The notes beneath the pieces were generated by a model. The model saw only the letters and a program-made list of their open reading frames with translations, did not search any database and was not told where the DNA came from. DNA of 64,000 bases from contig JAPPHC010000026.1 in NCBI GenBank assembly GCA_028821145.1, positions 5,869 through 69,868 on the forward strand, written 5' to 3'. Positions 9,409 to 18,430 of this stretch are shown one piece after another (positions within the stretch are counted from its first letter, which is position 1; each line of letters opens with the position of its first letter). The translations under genes and the position numbers were made by a program. Origin of the DNA: Gammaproteobacteria bacterium. Its GTDB lineage: Bacteria > Pseudomonadota > Gammaproteobacteria > Steroidobacterales > Foliamicaceae.

Positions 9409-11799
9409 TTACAGAGACCTTCTGACCAAGAGCCCGACGGTGCGCGGCTGATTGACACGGAAACCCAGTCGCGCGCGGCCTCCACGTTCGCGATCGAATG
9501 AAAGCGCCGCCTTCTCGTCCGTCACGTTGTCGACGTAAAGAGCGGCCTCCCAGTCGCCCGTGACGATCTCGAAACGCAGCGCGATCAGCGTGTAGGCGTC
9601 GAGCTCCAGATTCAGTTCCGTTACTTCCATGCCGGTCGCGCCACCGTAGGCCAGTCCGGAAACGAACCGACCGGCGCCGGCCACCTGGTCGCTGGGTTGC
9701 GTGATGCGGTCGCCGACGTGCTGCACGCTCGCGAAAACGGACAGCTCGCTGCCGCCCAACAGATCCACCGGCACCGTGTAGCTCATCGTCGCCGCGAACT
9801 GAATCTCCGGCACGGAAGCCAGCCGGTTGCCATCGGCGACGCCGCCAAGCACCCCACCCTCTTCCGCCAGGACCGTGGAGTCGAACTCGGACCGGACCAG
9901 GCTGCCGGCGAAACCGATATCCAGACCCCGGACAGGCGTAAGGGCCAATTCGATTTCCATCCCCGTGGCGTGGGCCTGCTCGACGTTGAAGGATATGCGC
10001 GAGGAACAGGAGCCGGCATCCAGGGTCGCCTGCAGGTTGTCGATTTCCGCATGAAATACCGCGGCGTTCAGCCGCACGCCGTTGCCCCACTCGGACTTGA
10101 GTCCCGTCTCGTAGTTCCAGATGGTCTCGTCGTCATAGGTCTGGAAGCCGCCGAAATTCGCCAGGTCCGACCCGGTGCACAGGCTTGCGTTCAGGGGATC
10201 GTTGACGCCGCCCGGTCGAAATCCGCGCGCGGCCTGCGCGTTCCAGGTCACCTGTTCGTTGAACCGGTAACTGGCCAGCAGCCGCGGGCTGAAGCCGCTG
10301 GCGTCGGTGCTGTCCGTCTGCAGATCGCTGTTGGAGAACAGCCCGCCGGAGTAGAACCTGCGCTCCTCCTCCCAGTCGTACCAACGACCCCCTATGGTCA
10401 ATTCGAAGCGGTCGGTCAGCGCATAAGTCGCCTCGCCGAACACGGCAATCTGCGAGATGTCGTACGGCAGGTCGGAATTGTAGGGACTGTCCGTGAGCGC
10501 GTAACCGTTCATGGAGCCGGCCGAAACGCCCGCCCCGAGCGCGGCATCCACCACGGCGTCATATCCGGGCGTCGGGAGACGTTGCGCGTAGTCTCTCTTG
10601 AGGTTCGAGTAAAACACGCCGATCAGCCATTGCAACCGCGACTCGCTTGCCGAAGCCAGGTGAATCTCTTGCGTGAACTGGTCGAGTTCCGTCGTGTCCC
10701 GGAGGTTGGACGGTATCGCCACATGTTCGTGAGGGAAACCGAGAGACACCGTGACGCTACCGACGAGGGCCGACGCATCGCGGCTTGCGAGCAGCTTACG
10801 GCGCAGGAAGCTCGATACGGAAGTCAGATCGAAACGGTCGAATTCTGCGCTCAGCTTGAAGTCGAACAAGGTGGTTTCGTCTTCAAACTCCTCGCCGAGC
10901 AGCAAGTATTGCTCCCGGTCGCCGAGCCGAATGGCCGGCCGGGTCGTGGTGTGAGGGTTGGAGAAAAGACTGAAGACCTCTTCGCGGTTGAAACCATCGG
11001 CCGTCACTCGCTGATGGATCAATCTCGGCAAGACCGAGGCCCGGTCGGTCACGTCCCACAGCAGCGCCAAGCGAACACCGGTCCGGGCGCCAGTATTGAC
11101 ATTGTCGTCCCGCGCCCCGTTCTCGGACAGCGCATCGATATAGCCACCGTACTCCGTTGTGTACCCCACCAGCCGCAGTGCGCTGGATTCGGAGATCGCT
11201 ACGTTGGCCATGCCCTTCAGGTGCCATCCTGAATCGCCGTCGGCGATCGAGTTGAGTTCGGCTTCTACGAGTCCGTAGTCCCGCTCCAACTCGGGCCGGT
11301 TGGTAATGTAGCGGACCGTGCCCCCCACCGATCCGGCGCCATAGAGCGTTCCCTGCGGACCCCTCAATACCTCGACCCGGTTCAGGTCGAACAGGTCGAA
11401 GTCGGGCGTGAACAAAGAAAGCGAAACCACCGAGTCATCCATGTAGATGCCGACCTGCTCCTTGACCCCCGGCTGGTCGCGAACGATCTGCCCGGCGGAC
11501 ACGCCGCGCATGGCCACCTGGCTCTGGCCCGGCCCCAGGTTCTGAACGCTCATGCCTGCAAATCCGAGCGCCAGGTCTTCGATGCCCCTTGCGCCGGCGC
11601 GCGCGATCTCTTCCCCCGTCTTTGCCGCCACCGAAAAGGGCACATCCTGAATCCGGGCGTTGCGCTTCGTGGCCGTAACCACGATCTCCTCAATAATGCC
11701 CTCCTCCGGGACTGGAGATTGCGCCTGGGAAGCCGCATACGCGAGCGAGAGAGTCGTTATCGTGAGTATTCGGAAAGAGTTGAGCTTGCCGTGGCTCAT
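9409..11799 (-). CDS. TonB-dependent receptor
   Basis: The chosen start gives MSHGKLNSFRILTITTLSLAYAASQAQ. Plug motifs are EEIVVTATKRNARIQDVPFSV and RVEVLRGPQGTLYGAGSVGGTVRYITN. The region upstream of the 11799 ATG looks like a spurious extension. Confidence 0.9.
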   Translation of the reverse strand: MSHGKLNSFRILTITTLSLAYAASQAQSPVPEEGIIEEIVVTATKRNARIQDVPFSVAAKTGEEIARAGARGIEDLALGFAGMSVQNLGPGQSQVAMRGVSAGQIVRDQPGVKEQVGIYMDDSVVSLSLFTPDFDLFDLNRVEVLRGPQGTLYGAGSVGGTVRYITNRPELERDYGLVEAELNSIADGDSGWHLKGMANVAISESSALRLVGYTTEYGGYIDALSENGARDDNVNTGARTGVRLALLWDVTDRASVLPRLIHQRVTADGFNREEVFSLFSNPHTTTRPAIRLGDREQYLLLGEEFEDETTLFDFKLSAEFDRFDLTSVSSFLRRKLLASRDASALVGSVTVSLGFPHEHVAIPSNLRDTTELDQFTQEIHLASASESRLQWLIGVFYSNLKRDYAQRLPTPGYDAVVDAALGAGVSAGSMNGYALTDSPYNSDLPYDISQIAVFGEATYALTDRFELTIGGRWYDWEEERRFYSGGLFSNSDLQTDSTDASGFSPRLLASYRFNEQVTWNAQAARGFRPGGVNDPLNASLCTGSDLANFGGFQTYDDETIWNYETGLKSEWGNGVRLNAAVFHAEIDNLQATLDAGSCSSRISFNVEQAHATGMEIELALTPVRGLDIGFAGSLVRSEFDSTVLAEEGGVLGGVADGNRLASVPEIQFAATMSYTVPVDLLGGSELSVFASVQHVGDRITQPSDQVAGAGRFVSGLAYGGATGMEVTELNLELDAYTLIALRFEIVTGDWEAALYVDNVTDEKAALSFDRERGGRARLGFRVNQPRTVGLLVRRSL

Positions 11800-11860
11800 C
11801 GCAGTGATCACAAGTAGGATAGGTTCAATAACTATCTTAGGCGTTGACGAAGGTTCCGCG

Positions 11861-12439
11861 ATGAGATTTCCAATCATCCCCATTGATGCGACCGCATCAA
11901 CCGTACTGGTGCTGATAGCGGCCGTTCCTCTCGTGATCATCGTATTCGTAGTCGTAAATGGAGGGGGTCCCTCGCGCTACTTCGCGACGCAATCGTGGAT
12001 CAGCCTGACCCTCTCGGTCGGCTTGCCTTTGTTGGTCACCTTGCTGTTTGTCTATTTTCTTTATGGCGGCCACCGTTCCAGCGTGACGATCACCGAGGAC
12101 GCCCTCGAATTCAGCGTTCCGGTCTACAACCGTTCGATACCGCTGGACACGATCGAACCCGCGGGCGCGCGCATCGTGAACATGAGAACGGACCGGGAAG
12201 TACGGCTTGGGCTGCGAACCAACGGGCTCGGTTCGCTGGGTTATCAGCTCGGGTGGTTCAGACTGGTCGGCGGCGGCAAGGCGCTGGTCGCGTTGACCGA
12301 TCGCTCATCGGTGGCCCGCCTGCCGCTGAACGATGGCACGACGGTGTTGATCAGCCTGGACGATCCGGCAGCATTCATAGATGCATTGCAAGGGGCCAGA
12401 GAGCGCACTGACCGTTCTCGCCCTGCTTCTACCCCATAA
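11861..12439 (+). CDS. Membrane protein with a bacterial PH-like (YdbT/bPH-type) C-terminal domain
   Basis: Two N-terminal TM helices, then ...VTITEDALEFSVP...ARLPLNDGTTVLISLDDPAAFIDAL, which resembles bacterial PH-domain proteins. The family assignment is tentative. Confidence 0.5.
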   Translation: MRFPIIPIDATASTVLVLIAAVPLVIIVFVVVNGGGPSRYFATQSWISLTLSVGLPLLVTLLFVYFLYGGHRSSVTITEDALEFSVPVYNRSIPLDTIEPAGARIVNMRTDREVRLGLRTNGLGSLGYQLGWFRLVGGGKALVALTDRSSVARLPLNDGTTVLISLDDPAAFIDALQGARERTDRSRPASTP

Positions 12440-12460
12440 GCTGGCAGTACGCGGGCCGCG

Positions 12461-13330
12461 CTATTGCTGCTGTTCGCGCATGCGCATTTCCAGATAGCTG
12501 GGACCCTCATCGAACTCCGGCGACACGTCGAACTTCTCTATTCTTTCGCGCGCGTGGGCCAGAAAGGCCTCATCCAGATCGTCCAATCCTCTAAGCTTGG
12601 TCTTCTCGACATGCCAGAGCAGGTAGCCGTCCACCTCCGCCATGTCCATCCACGGCCGAAACGCCGCGGCGAACCACCCTGTCGTAATGGCCTGGGCGCT
12701 GTTGAGAGACTCGTCCAGTGCCTGAGCGGCCGGTGCGGCATAGGTGTGCACCTCGTGCATCGGCTGGATCACAACCGGCGGAAAATGCACGGTGTCGAAT
12801 AGCCGGATCAGGCCGGCCTCAACGCGCCAGTCCAATGACAACGGCCGGTCCTCGTACATATCCGGAAAGGCCTTCCGAGTCTCGGGGTGGTAACGGCCGT
12901 TCGGAGTGAACACCTCACCGTGCTTGCGACGGCCGGTCAGGGGGATTAGTTTCGTCAACCTGCCGGTGATCGGGTTGGAGAACTCGTCGACAAACGCCCC
13001 GCTTTCCGGATCAACATAGAAATTGACCATCGAAACATAACGATGATGGACGTTCCCCCCTTTCGCGCGCCACCAGTCCCGCATGGCGCCCCGGGTTTGC
13101 AACAGGGGAATCACACCGTCGCCCGTTATCGCATAGAACCGAATGTGGACGCGCCAGACGCTCTCGCCTTCGTCCGTCCGCCCGGCAATGCGCACCCACA
13201 CCTCGTTCTGCTTCGCCGGCTCCTCCGGCAGGACGTGCGTGGCGGCGTTCGCGTCCCTGGACCATGGAAGGGTCGTCGCCCCAAGCCCCATCGCCCCGAT
13301 CAGCGCCGTTGCGTCGCGCCGTGTAACCAT
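12461..13330 (-). CDS. Tat-exported DUF1838-like protein
   Basis: Leader MVTRRDATALIGAMGLGATT. Central FSNPITGRLTK motif and overall length match my recollection of DUF1838. A paralogue lies at 57937..58869. Confidence 0.55.
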   Translation of the reverse strand: MVTRRDATALIGAMGLGATTLPWSRDANAATHVLPEEPAKQNEVWVRIAGRTDEGESVWRVHIRFYAITGDGVIPLLQTRGAMRDWWRAKGGNVHHRYVSMVNFYVDPESGAFVDEFSNPITGRLTKLIPLTGRRKHGEVFTPNGRYHPETRKAFPDMYEDRPLSLDWRVEAGLIRLFDTVHFPPVVIQPMHEVHTYAAPAAQALDESLNSAQAITTGWFAAAFRPWMDMAEVDGYLLWHVEKTKLRGLDDLDEAFLAHARERIEKFDVSPEFDEGPSYLEMRMREQQQ

Positions 13331-13374
13331 GATCCAATCCCCCTCTGTGCGCCGGTTGGGAGCCAGTTTGCCAG

Positions 13375-13803
13375 ATGAAGACAACACACAAGGTCGAGGG
13401 AGCGTGTCACTGCGGGAACCTGGCGTTCGAACTCACTACGCAAACTCCGCCCGATGACATTGTTGCGCGTTCCTGCGAATGCAGTTTCTGCCGAAAACAC
13501 GGTGCAACGTATTGGGTAGAGCCGGAGGGCTCGATCACCATTCGAATCGCGGACAAGCGGCATCTGCAAAAGTATCGCTTTGGCCTGCGGACGGCGGACT
13601 TCTACATTTGCCGCATGTGCGGAACCTGCCTGGGTGCGGTAATCTCAGACCAGGACGGCACCTGGTCAGTGATCAATCTGCAACTGACGGAACTCCTTGT
13701 GCAACATGTGCAGCTGGTTCCGTTTGGAGATGAAGACCGTTCCCGTCTGATTGCCAGGCGCAAGCGCTCGTGGACGCCAACCACCATCGCGATTGGAGAA
13801 TGA
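13375..13803 (+). CDS. GFA-family (CENP-V/GFA, Cys-rich zinc-binding) protein
   Basis: Cys pattern CHCGN...CECSFCRKHG...CRMCG. Confidence 0.7.
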   Translation: MKTTHKVEGACHCGNLAFELTTQTPPDDIVARSCECSFCRKHGATYWVEPEGSITIRIADKRHLQKYRFGLRTADFYICRMCGTCLGAVISDQDGTWSVINLQLTELLVQHVQLVPFGDEDRSRLIARRKRSWTPTTIAIGE

Positions 13804-13832
13804 CGGAACGGCGCAGCGCTTAATCTGAGCGA

Positions 13833-14171
13833 TTACTCACCGCCCTCGGGCCCGTAGAAAATGACCCAGGTCGCAAGGTCGTCACCGAAGTCAAGAAACC
13901 GGTGCTCCATCCCGGCGGGCACGAAGAGAAAATCGCCTGCGTTGAACGGGACCACCTCCGCGCCCATCTGGAACCGTCCCGACCCGCGGAGCACCACGTA
14001 GCATTCGTCGCGGCTATGCGGTTGCTGCCGATCTGTGCCCTCGGGAACGTAGAACTCAACCTGAAGCTGCCCCCTTTCCAGCCCGACATGAAACCTGTTT
14101 CCCGCCGCGTCGGGAATGCGATGAGCCATATCGCCAGGCGTTAATCGGACACCGTATCCAGAACTCGTCAT
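13833..14171 (-). CDS. Cupin domain protein
   Basis: Cupin motifs ...PHSRDECYVVLRGSG... and FVPAGMEHRF. The start is uncertain: ATG at 14171 or TTG at 14222. Confidence 0.7.
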   Translation of the reverse strand: MTSSGYGVRLTPGDMAHRIPDAAGNRFHVGLERGQLQVEFYVPEGTDRQQPHSRDECYVVLRGSGRFQMGAEVVPFNAGDFLFVPAGMEHRFLDFGDDLATWVIFYGPEGGE

Positions 14172-14294
14172 TTTTCTATTCTTGCGACTTGAGCCAACTG
14201 GGTGAGGGTTGGCTGTCCACAAGAGGCAATGTTGTCATTCATTTTATGAAAATTTAGTATGTCCCTAATATTTATTAGGTTCTATGAATAGAAT

Positions 14295-14936
14295 TCAGGG
14301 GTCCGGTATCTGAAAGTGGCCAATGGCAGATGTGCCCGCGACTATATCCGATAGTTCTGCGAAACTGGAGACGTCCCCTCGTAATCGATTTCTTGAATCA
14401 AAGACGATCGATCGCAACCCAACCGCGCGCGCTGCCCGCACGTTCTTCCTTCGATCATCAACAAACAGAATATTCTCAGGCGCCTCGCCGGTTCGTCGTA
14501 TGAGTTCCAGGTAAGCCCCTTCGTTCGGTTTTCGGATCCCAATATCGCCACTGATTACGAAATTGGAAAAATACTCGTCCAAGCCGAATGTCTGGCGAAG
14601 TCTTTGCGACCAACGTGAAACGTCATTGGACAGGCACGACAATTCGATACCTGATTCTCGTGCGAATCCAAGAAATGATCGAAGGCCATGATTCAGAGAG
14701 TGGCGTGCAAGATAGTCCTCTTCGACCGAAGGATCTATCCCAAACGAAGTCCAAAACTCATCAGCACTTATTTCACCCAAGCTTGCATCAAGATACGCCT
14801 CTTCTATTGAGGACGATGTGATCTTGGGATTGATCCGTTGAATGAACGGTACCAAAAGTTCCGCTACGTCGTCCTGGGCCTGAAACATCACGCCCATCGC
14901 ATCCAGCACGACGGTTCTTATGATCGGACCACTCAA
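14295..14936 (-). CDS. HAD-superfamily hydrolase (motif I reads D-A-M rather than D-x-D)
   Basis: Motif I is VVLDAMGVMF and motif IV is ILFVDDRRKNV. TTG start. The gene has markedly lower GC than its flanks. Confidence 0.72.
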   Translation of the reverse strand: MSGPIIRTVVLDAMGVMFQAQDDVAELLVPFIQRINPKITSSSIEEAYLDASLGEISADEFWTSFGIDPSVEEDYLARHSLNHGLRSFLGFARESGIELSCLSNDVSRWSQRLRQTFGLDEYFSNFVISGDIGIRKPNEGAYLELIRRTGEAPENILFVDDRRKNVRAARAVGLRSIVFDSRNRLRGDVSSFAELSDIVAGTSAIGHFQIPDP

Positions 14937-14973
14937 GATTGGGCGTCACGTGCAGGAGCGCGTCCAGACGTGC

Positions 14974-15885
14974 CTATTCGTATTTCCTGTTGACAACCTG
15001 GGTGCTGCCTTCGGTAAGCGCCCGACGCAGTGTCGCTAGGTGAGAGGATCCATACATCACAAAAATGCTGTCCGCCTCCTTCAGCAGTTCCTGAATCCTC
15101 TGAAACGCGAAGTGATCGCGGGTCAACATTGAGTGATACGACATTATTTGAAGCAGGTTGCTTCCTTCTTCGTTGCCGGGTGCATAAGAGTCATTCTCCA
15201 GCTCCGAGTACGTGAGGCCTACCCCGTCTTCCAGCCATCTGCGATAACTGGCTTCATCGTATTGCTCAATACCCGGCAGGAACATTCGCAGATATTCCAG
15301 ATTCTCGGCAACGATCCCGGGAACGTCCTCAAGGCGAAAATCTTCTAGCCGTTTCGCTTGAATGACCGCTCTCGAAATATCGTATCCAACAAAGTCTTCT
15401 AGCCCTAGCTCCCCATTGCTTTGCTCAGCAATAAAGTTCATTTCGTCCTCAAGCCCGGGCTCGGCGCCTGCTATGGCCGTTTGCAAATCTTTGACTTCAG
15501 AAATGGCCCAGTACAGCTCTCCACACTGATGAAATGATGGGTTCACTTCGCACTTCTCCGCTTCACGAACGAAACCCTCCCTATCGCTTTCGCTAATGTA
15601 GGTGGGCAGCCCTTCGAGAATCAGGATTTCCGGTTCACAGTCCTTGATTACCGCAGCTATCGTCCGAGATGTCGGGGAATCACGTCGGGGATCATGCTTT
15701 GAGGAAACAAAACAAACTCTTTTCTCCCCGTAGTGAAAGATTGTGACGAACGGCGACTCAAAAGGCTCCGCTTCCTGAAGTTCCGGGGACCATCTGTCTA
15801 CGCCGGGATTTTCAGCCAGCGCAAAAACAGGCGTGAAGATCACCAAGATCGCAACGCCACACAAGTTCAGCTTCCAAAGGTTCAT
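14974..15885 (-). CDS. Exported hypothetical protein, possibly TraB/GumN/Tiki-superfamily-like
   Basis: Signal peptide MNLWKLNLCGVAILVIFTPVFALA. The N-terminal CFVSSKHD...EPEILILEG and C-terminal IFVMYGSSHL resemble the GTxH...E...GxxHL pattern of that superfamily. This match is weak and made by eye. Low GC. Confidence 0.4.
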   Translation of the reverse strand: MNLWKLNLCGVAILVIFTPVFALAENPGVDRWSPELQEAEPFESPFVTIFHYGEKRVCFVSSKHDPRRDSPTSRTIAAVIKDCEPEILILEGLPTYISESDREGFVREAEKCEVNPSFHQCGELYWAISEVKDLQTAIAGAEPGLEDEMNFIAEQSNGELGLEDFVGYDISRAVIQAKRLEDFRLEDVPGIVAENLEYLRMFLPGIEQYDEASYRRWLEDGVGLTYSELENDSYAPGNEEGSNLLQIMSYHSMLTRDHFAFQRIQELLKEADSIFVMYGSSHLATLRRALTEGSTQVVNRKYE

Positions 15886-15932
15886 CAGCAGTAATCGACT
15901 CGTATTCTTAGCGCCAAGGGATACTGTAGCTC

Positions 15933-16403
15933 CTAGCCGGGCATGATTTCCGGCTCGTGGTGCACCGGGAAATTTACCGAGCGGGCGATGTAACACATCT
16001 CGTTGGCCTTAGTGTGCAAACGCATCGCTTCGTCCATATCGCTCCTGGCCGAAATGGTGACATGTGGCCTTAGCATCACTTTATTGAACTTACCGGATCC
16101 ATCAGGGCGCGTCTGCATCAGCCCTTCGGCAGCGTCCTCGTATGCCTCCACAATGACACCGTTGGCTGCGCAAAGGTGCAAGTACCAGAGCATATGACAG
16201 GCCGACAGCGCGGCGAGCAGCATTTCTTCCGGATTGTGACGCTTGGCATCCCCCAAGTACAGCGGATCGGCCGATCCGCGAATCGCCGCCTTTCCCTCGC
16301 AAGCGATTTCGTAATCCCGTGCGTACGCGTCGTAGGCGACCGTTCCCGCACCCTTGTTGCCCGTCCAGGTAATGGTTGTTGTGTAGGTGTGCTCTTGTGT
16401 CAC
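15933..16403 (-). CDS. OsmC-family peroxiredoxin-like protein
   Basis: About 156 aa with the two OsmC/Ohr-type Cys contexts (LSACHMLWYL and NEMCYIARS). The GTG start overlaps the stop of the upstream GNAT gene (GTGA). Confidence 0.85.
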   Translation of the reverse strand: MTQEHTYTTTITWTGNKGAGTVAYDAYARDYEIACEGKAAIRGSADPLYLGDAKRHNPEEMLLAALSACHMLWYLHLCAANGVIVEAYEDAAEGLMQTRPDGSGKFNKVMLRPHVTISARSDMDEAMRLHTKANEMCYIARSVNFPVHHEPEIMPG

Positions 16404-16960
16404 GGCCCTACCTCCGGAAACAGGCTCCGTATGGTTTCGATGGTCATGAACATGCGTTGCGGATGATCGCTGAAACTCTCAAAGCCCATGCGCCGATAAA
16501 ACTGTTTGCGCCGCTCTAACGCAGCGTCTCCTCCATCGTCGATCACATCCAGAATGACCAGCTTGAGTCCCACCTCCCTTGACACTCTGCAAGCGCGCAG
16601 CAGCGCGTCAATCAACAGATCGGTTCCGAGCCCCCTGCCCTGCTGATTCTTGTCGACGGCAATCATCGATAGATACAGGGCCGGGAGGCTGGCGCGGCCT
16701 GGGGCGCGCCGCGGACGATTTCGCCCCAGTTCGGCAATCCCGACGGCATGCGTGTTCAAAGCGTAATACCCAAGAATCCGATGGGATCCTTCGGAAACCG
16801 CAACAAACACCCGGGTGAAATCGTCTTTCAGCTGCTTCCTGGCGCTCAGGCGAAGAAAGTTGTCCAGCCGCGCCACGCCGCAGGAAAACTCGGCCCGTTC
16901 ATGGTGGGCCGGCTCAAATGGTTCTATGGAAATGCGTGGGTTTTCTGCGTCAGCCGGCAT
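16400..16960 (-). CDS. GNAT-family acetyltransferase toxin (TacT/AtaT/KacT-like)
   Basis: GNAT core LYLSMIAVDKNQQGRGLGTDLLIDAL...FYRRMGFESF. It lies immediately downstream of, and overlaps by 11 nt, a DUF1778 gene. The ATG at 16960 gives MPADAENP... Confidence 0.8.
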   Translation of the reverse strand: MPADAENPRISIEPFEPAHHERAEFSCGVARLDNFLRLSARKQLKDDFTRVFVAVSEGSHRILGYYALNTHAVGIAELGRNRPRRAPGRASLPALYLSMIAVDKNQQGRGLGTDLLIDALLRACRVSREVGLKLVILDVIDDGGDAALERRKQFYRRMGFESFSDHPQRMFMTIETIRSLFPEVGP

Positions 16961-17261
16961 TGGCGATCCGTGCCCGGTATCGATCCGCAGCTTCCAGCGC
17001 GGCCTGGGTCGGTGGCGGCGGATTGTCGAGAGCCGCCAGCAAGGCGCGCTGATCGCGCGCCGAAAGGACAGTTGTCTGATGATCGCGCAGGACCCGTTCG
17101 GCTTCCCGCATCGCCGAAGCACGCACAAACGCGGTCAACGGCACGCCCATCAATTCGGCAGCCCTGACGATGCCGCTCTTGACGCTGGGCTTGATCCGCA
17201 TCTCGATGCTATCGGTGGCCTTCTCGCTCGAAGACACGTCAGGATCAATGAAATTCAGCAC
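16950..17261 (-). CDS. DUF1778-family (RHH) antitoxin (TacA-like)
   Basis: About 103 aa. The stretch IEMRIKPSVKSGIVRAAELMGVPLTAFVRASAMREAERVL...LSARDQRALLAALDNPP is the typical DUF1778 pattern. It is paired with the GNAT toxin. Confidence 0.8.
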   Translation of the reverse strand: MLNFIDPDVSSSEKATDSIEMRIKPSVKSGIVRAAELMGVPLTAFVRASAMREAERVLRDHQTTVLSARDQRALLAALDNPPPPTQAALEAADRYRARIANAG

Positions 17262-17347
17262 GTCTTGCCCTCATAAATGTCCCTGCATTATAGGGACATA
17301 AAACCGGGTGATCAATAACGTTCGGCACCCCCCATTCCCAGTCGTCA

Positions 17348-17839
17348 ATGCGCATCAGTCGTGCCTGGGGATTGTTGGATCAGTTAGGGTTAGCCATAAG
17401 CCACGTCGCGGGAGGGGCGGTGGAGCAGGCGGAATCATCCTCGGTCTATCTGTTGGCTGCCGATGCGGTTCTGTTGCTGCATGTGCTTTTCGTCGCGTTC
17501 GTCATCGGCGGCTTGGCGCTGATCATCGCCGGCAAGGCGCGTCGCTGGTTGTGGGTCCGGAATCCATGGTTTCGACTGGCGCACCTCCTCGCCATAGCCG
17601 TGGTGGTGGTTCAGTCATGGTTCGGGGCGATCTGCCCGCTCACGACCATTGAAATGACGCTCCGCTCCCGCGCCGGCGATTCGACTTATCCGGGATCGTT
17701 CGTGGCGCACTGGCTGGAAACGCTGCTTTACTACCGAGCGCCGGCATGGGTTTTTGCGGTCTGTTATACGCTCTTCGGAGCCGCCGTCGTCGGAAGCTGG
17801 CTCTGGGTACGTCCGCGCCGTTTCAGGCCCATGAGGTAA
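17348..17839 (+). CDS. DUF2784-like membrane protein
   Basis: Core ADAVLLLHVLFVAFVIGGLALI...NPWFRLAHLLAIAVVVVQSWFGAICPLT. The true start may be the GTG at 17420, which has GGAGG upstream. Confidence 0.6.
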   Translation: MRISRAWGLLDQLGLAISHVAGGAVEQAESSSVYLLAADAVLLLHVLFVAFVIGGLALIIAGKARRWLWVRNPWFRLAHLLAIAVVVVQSWFGAICPLTTIEMTLRSRAGDSTYPGSFVAHWLETLLYYRAPAWVFAVCYTLFGAAVVGSWLWVRPRRFRPMR

Positions 17840-17914
17840 ACAGGGCGTCTCAAGAGCTGCGGCATAGCCGTGAGAGGATGCGCCTGGGTTTTCGCCAATG
17901 TGGCGCCTGACCTG

Positions 17915-18397
17915 TCACGAACGCCGGATGCGCAACGTGCGGCCGAAGCCCTTGGGCGGTTCGGCGTCGCCGGCAAACGGCGCCAGCTTCCCGATCACGT
18001 CATCCGGGAAAGGCGCGGACTTCCTGGCAGTGAGGTCGACGTTCATGCACAGGCACTCGTTGGTCGCAACGAGCTTGTCCTTGACCGTATCGATCATTCG
18101 ATGAAAGTAGTGGATGCGCTTGGCGTCGTGGTCGACCAGCGTCGTCTCGACGCGGATCGCATCGCCTTCGAACAGCTCGCCCAGGTAATCGACGTTGATG
18201 CCCAGCGTGAACACGGAGCACCCGCTGCTGTCCGGGTAGTCCATGCCGATGCCCCAGTGCTCGTACGCGGCATCCGTCGCTTCATCGAACGCAAGCACGA
18301 AGAAGGCGACGTTCATGTGCCCGTTGTGGTCGATCCACTCCGGCTTCACGGTCGTATCGTAAAGAAGAAGCCGTCCGCGCTTAATTGAAGCCTTCAC
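17915..18397 (-). CDS. Acyl-CoA thioesterase (4HBT/YbgC-like hotdog fold)
   Basis: N-terminus ...VKPEWIDHNGHMNVAFFVLAFDEA... GTG start with GGAGG 4 nt upstream. Confidence 0.7.
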   Translation of the reverse strand: MKASIKRGRLLLYDTTVKPEWIDHNGHMNVAFFVLAFDEATDAAYEHWGIGMDYPDSSGCSVFTLGINVDYLGELFEGDAIRVETTLVDHDAKRIHYFHRMIDTVKDKLVATNECLCMNVDLTARKSAPFPDDVIGKLAPFAGDAEPPKGFGRTLRIRRS

Positions 18398-18430
18398 GAA
18401 ACCTCCATAAACACAAGGGCTTGCGCGGCA

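Noticed and set aside
14172-15932. Calling the low-GC islet a mobile element
   Set aside because: No integrase, transposase, tRNA target or flanking direct or inverted repeats were found. It is reported only as a compositional anomaly.
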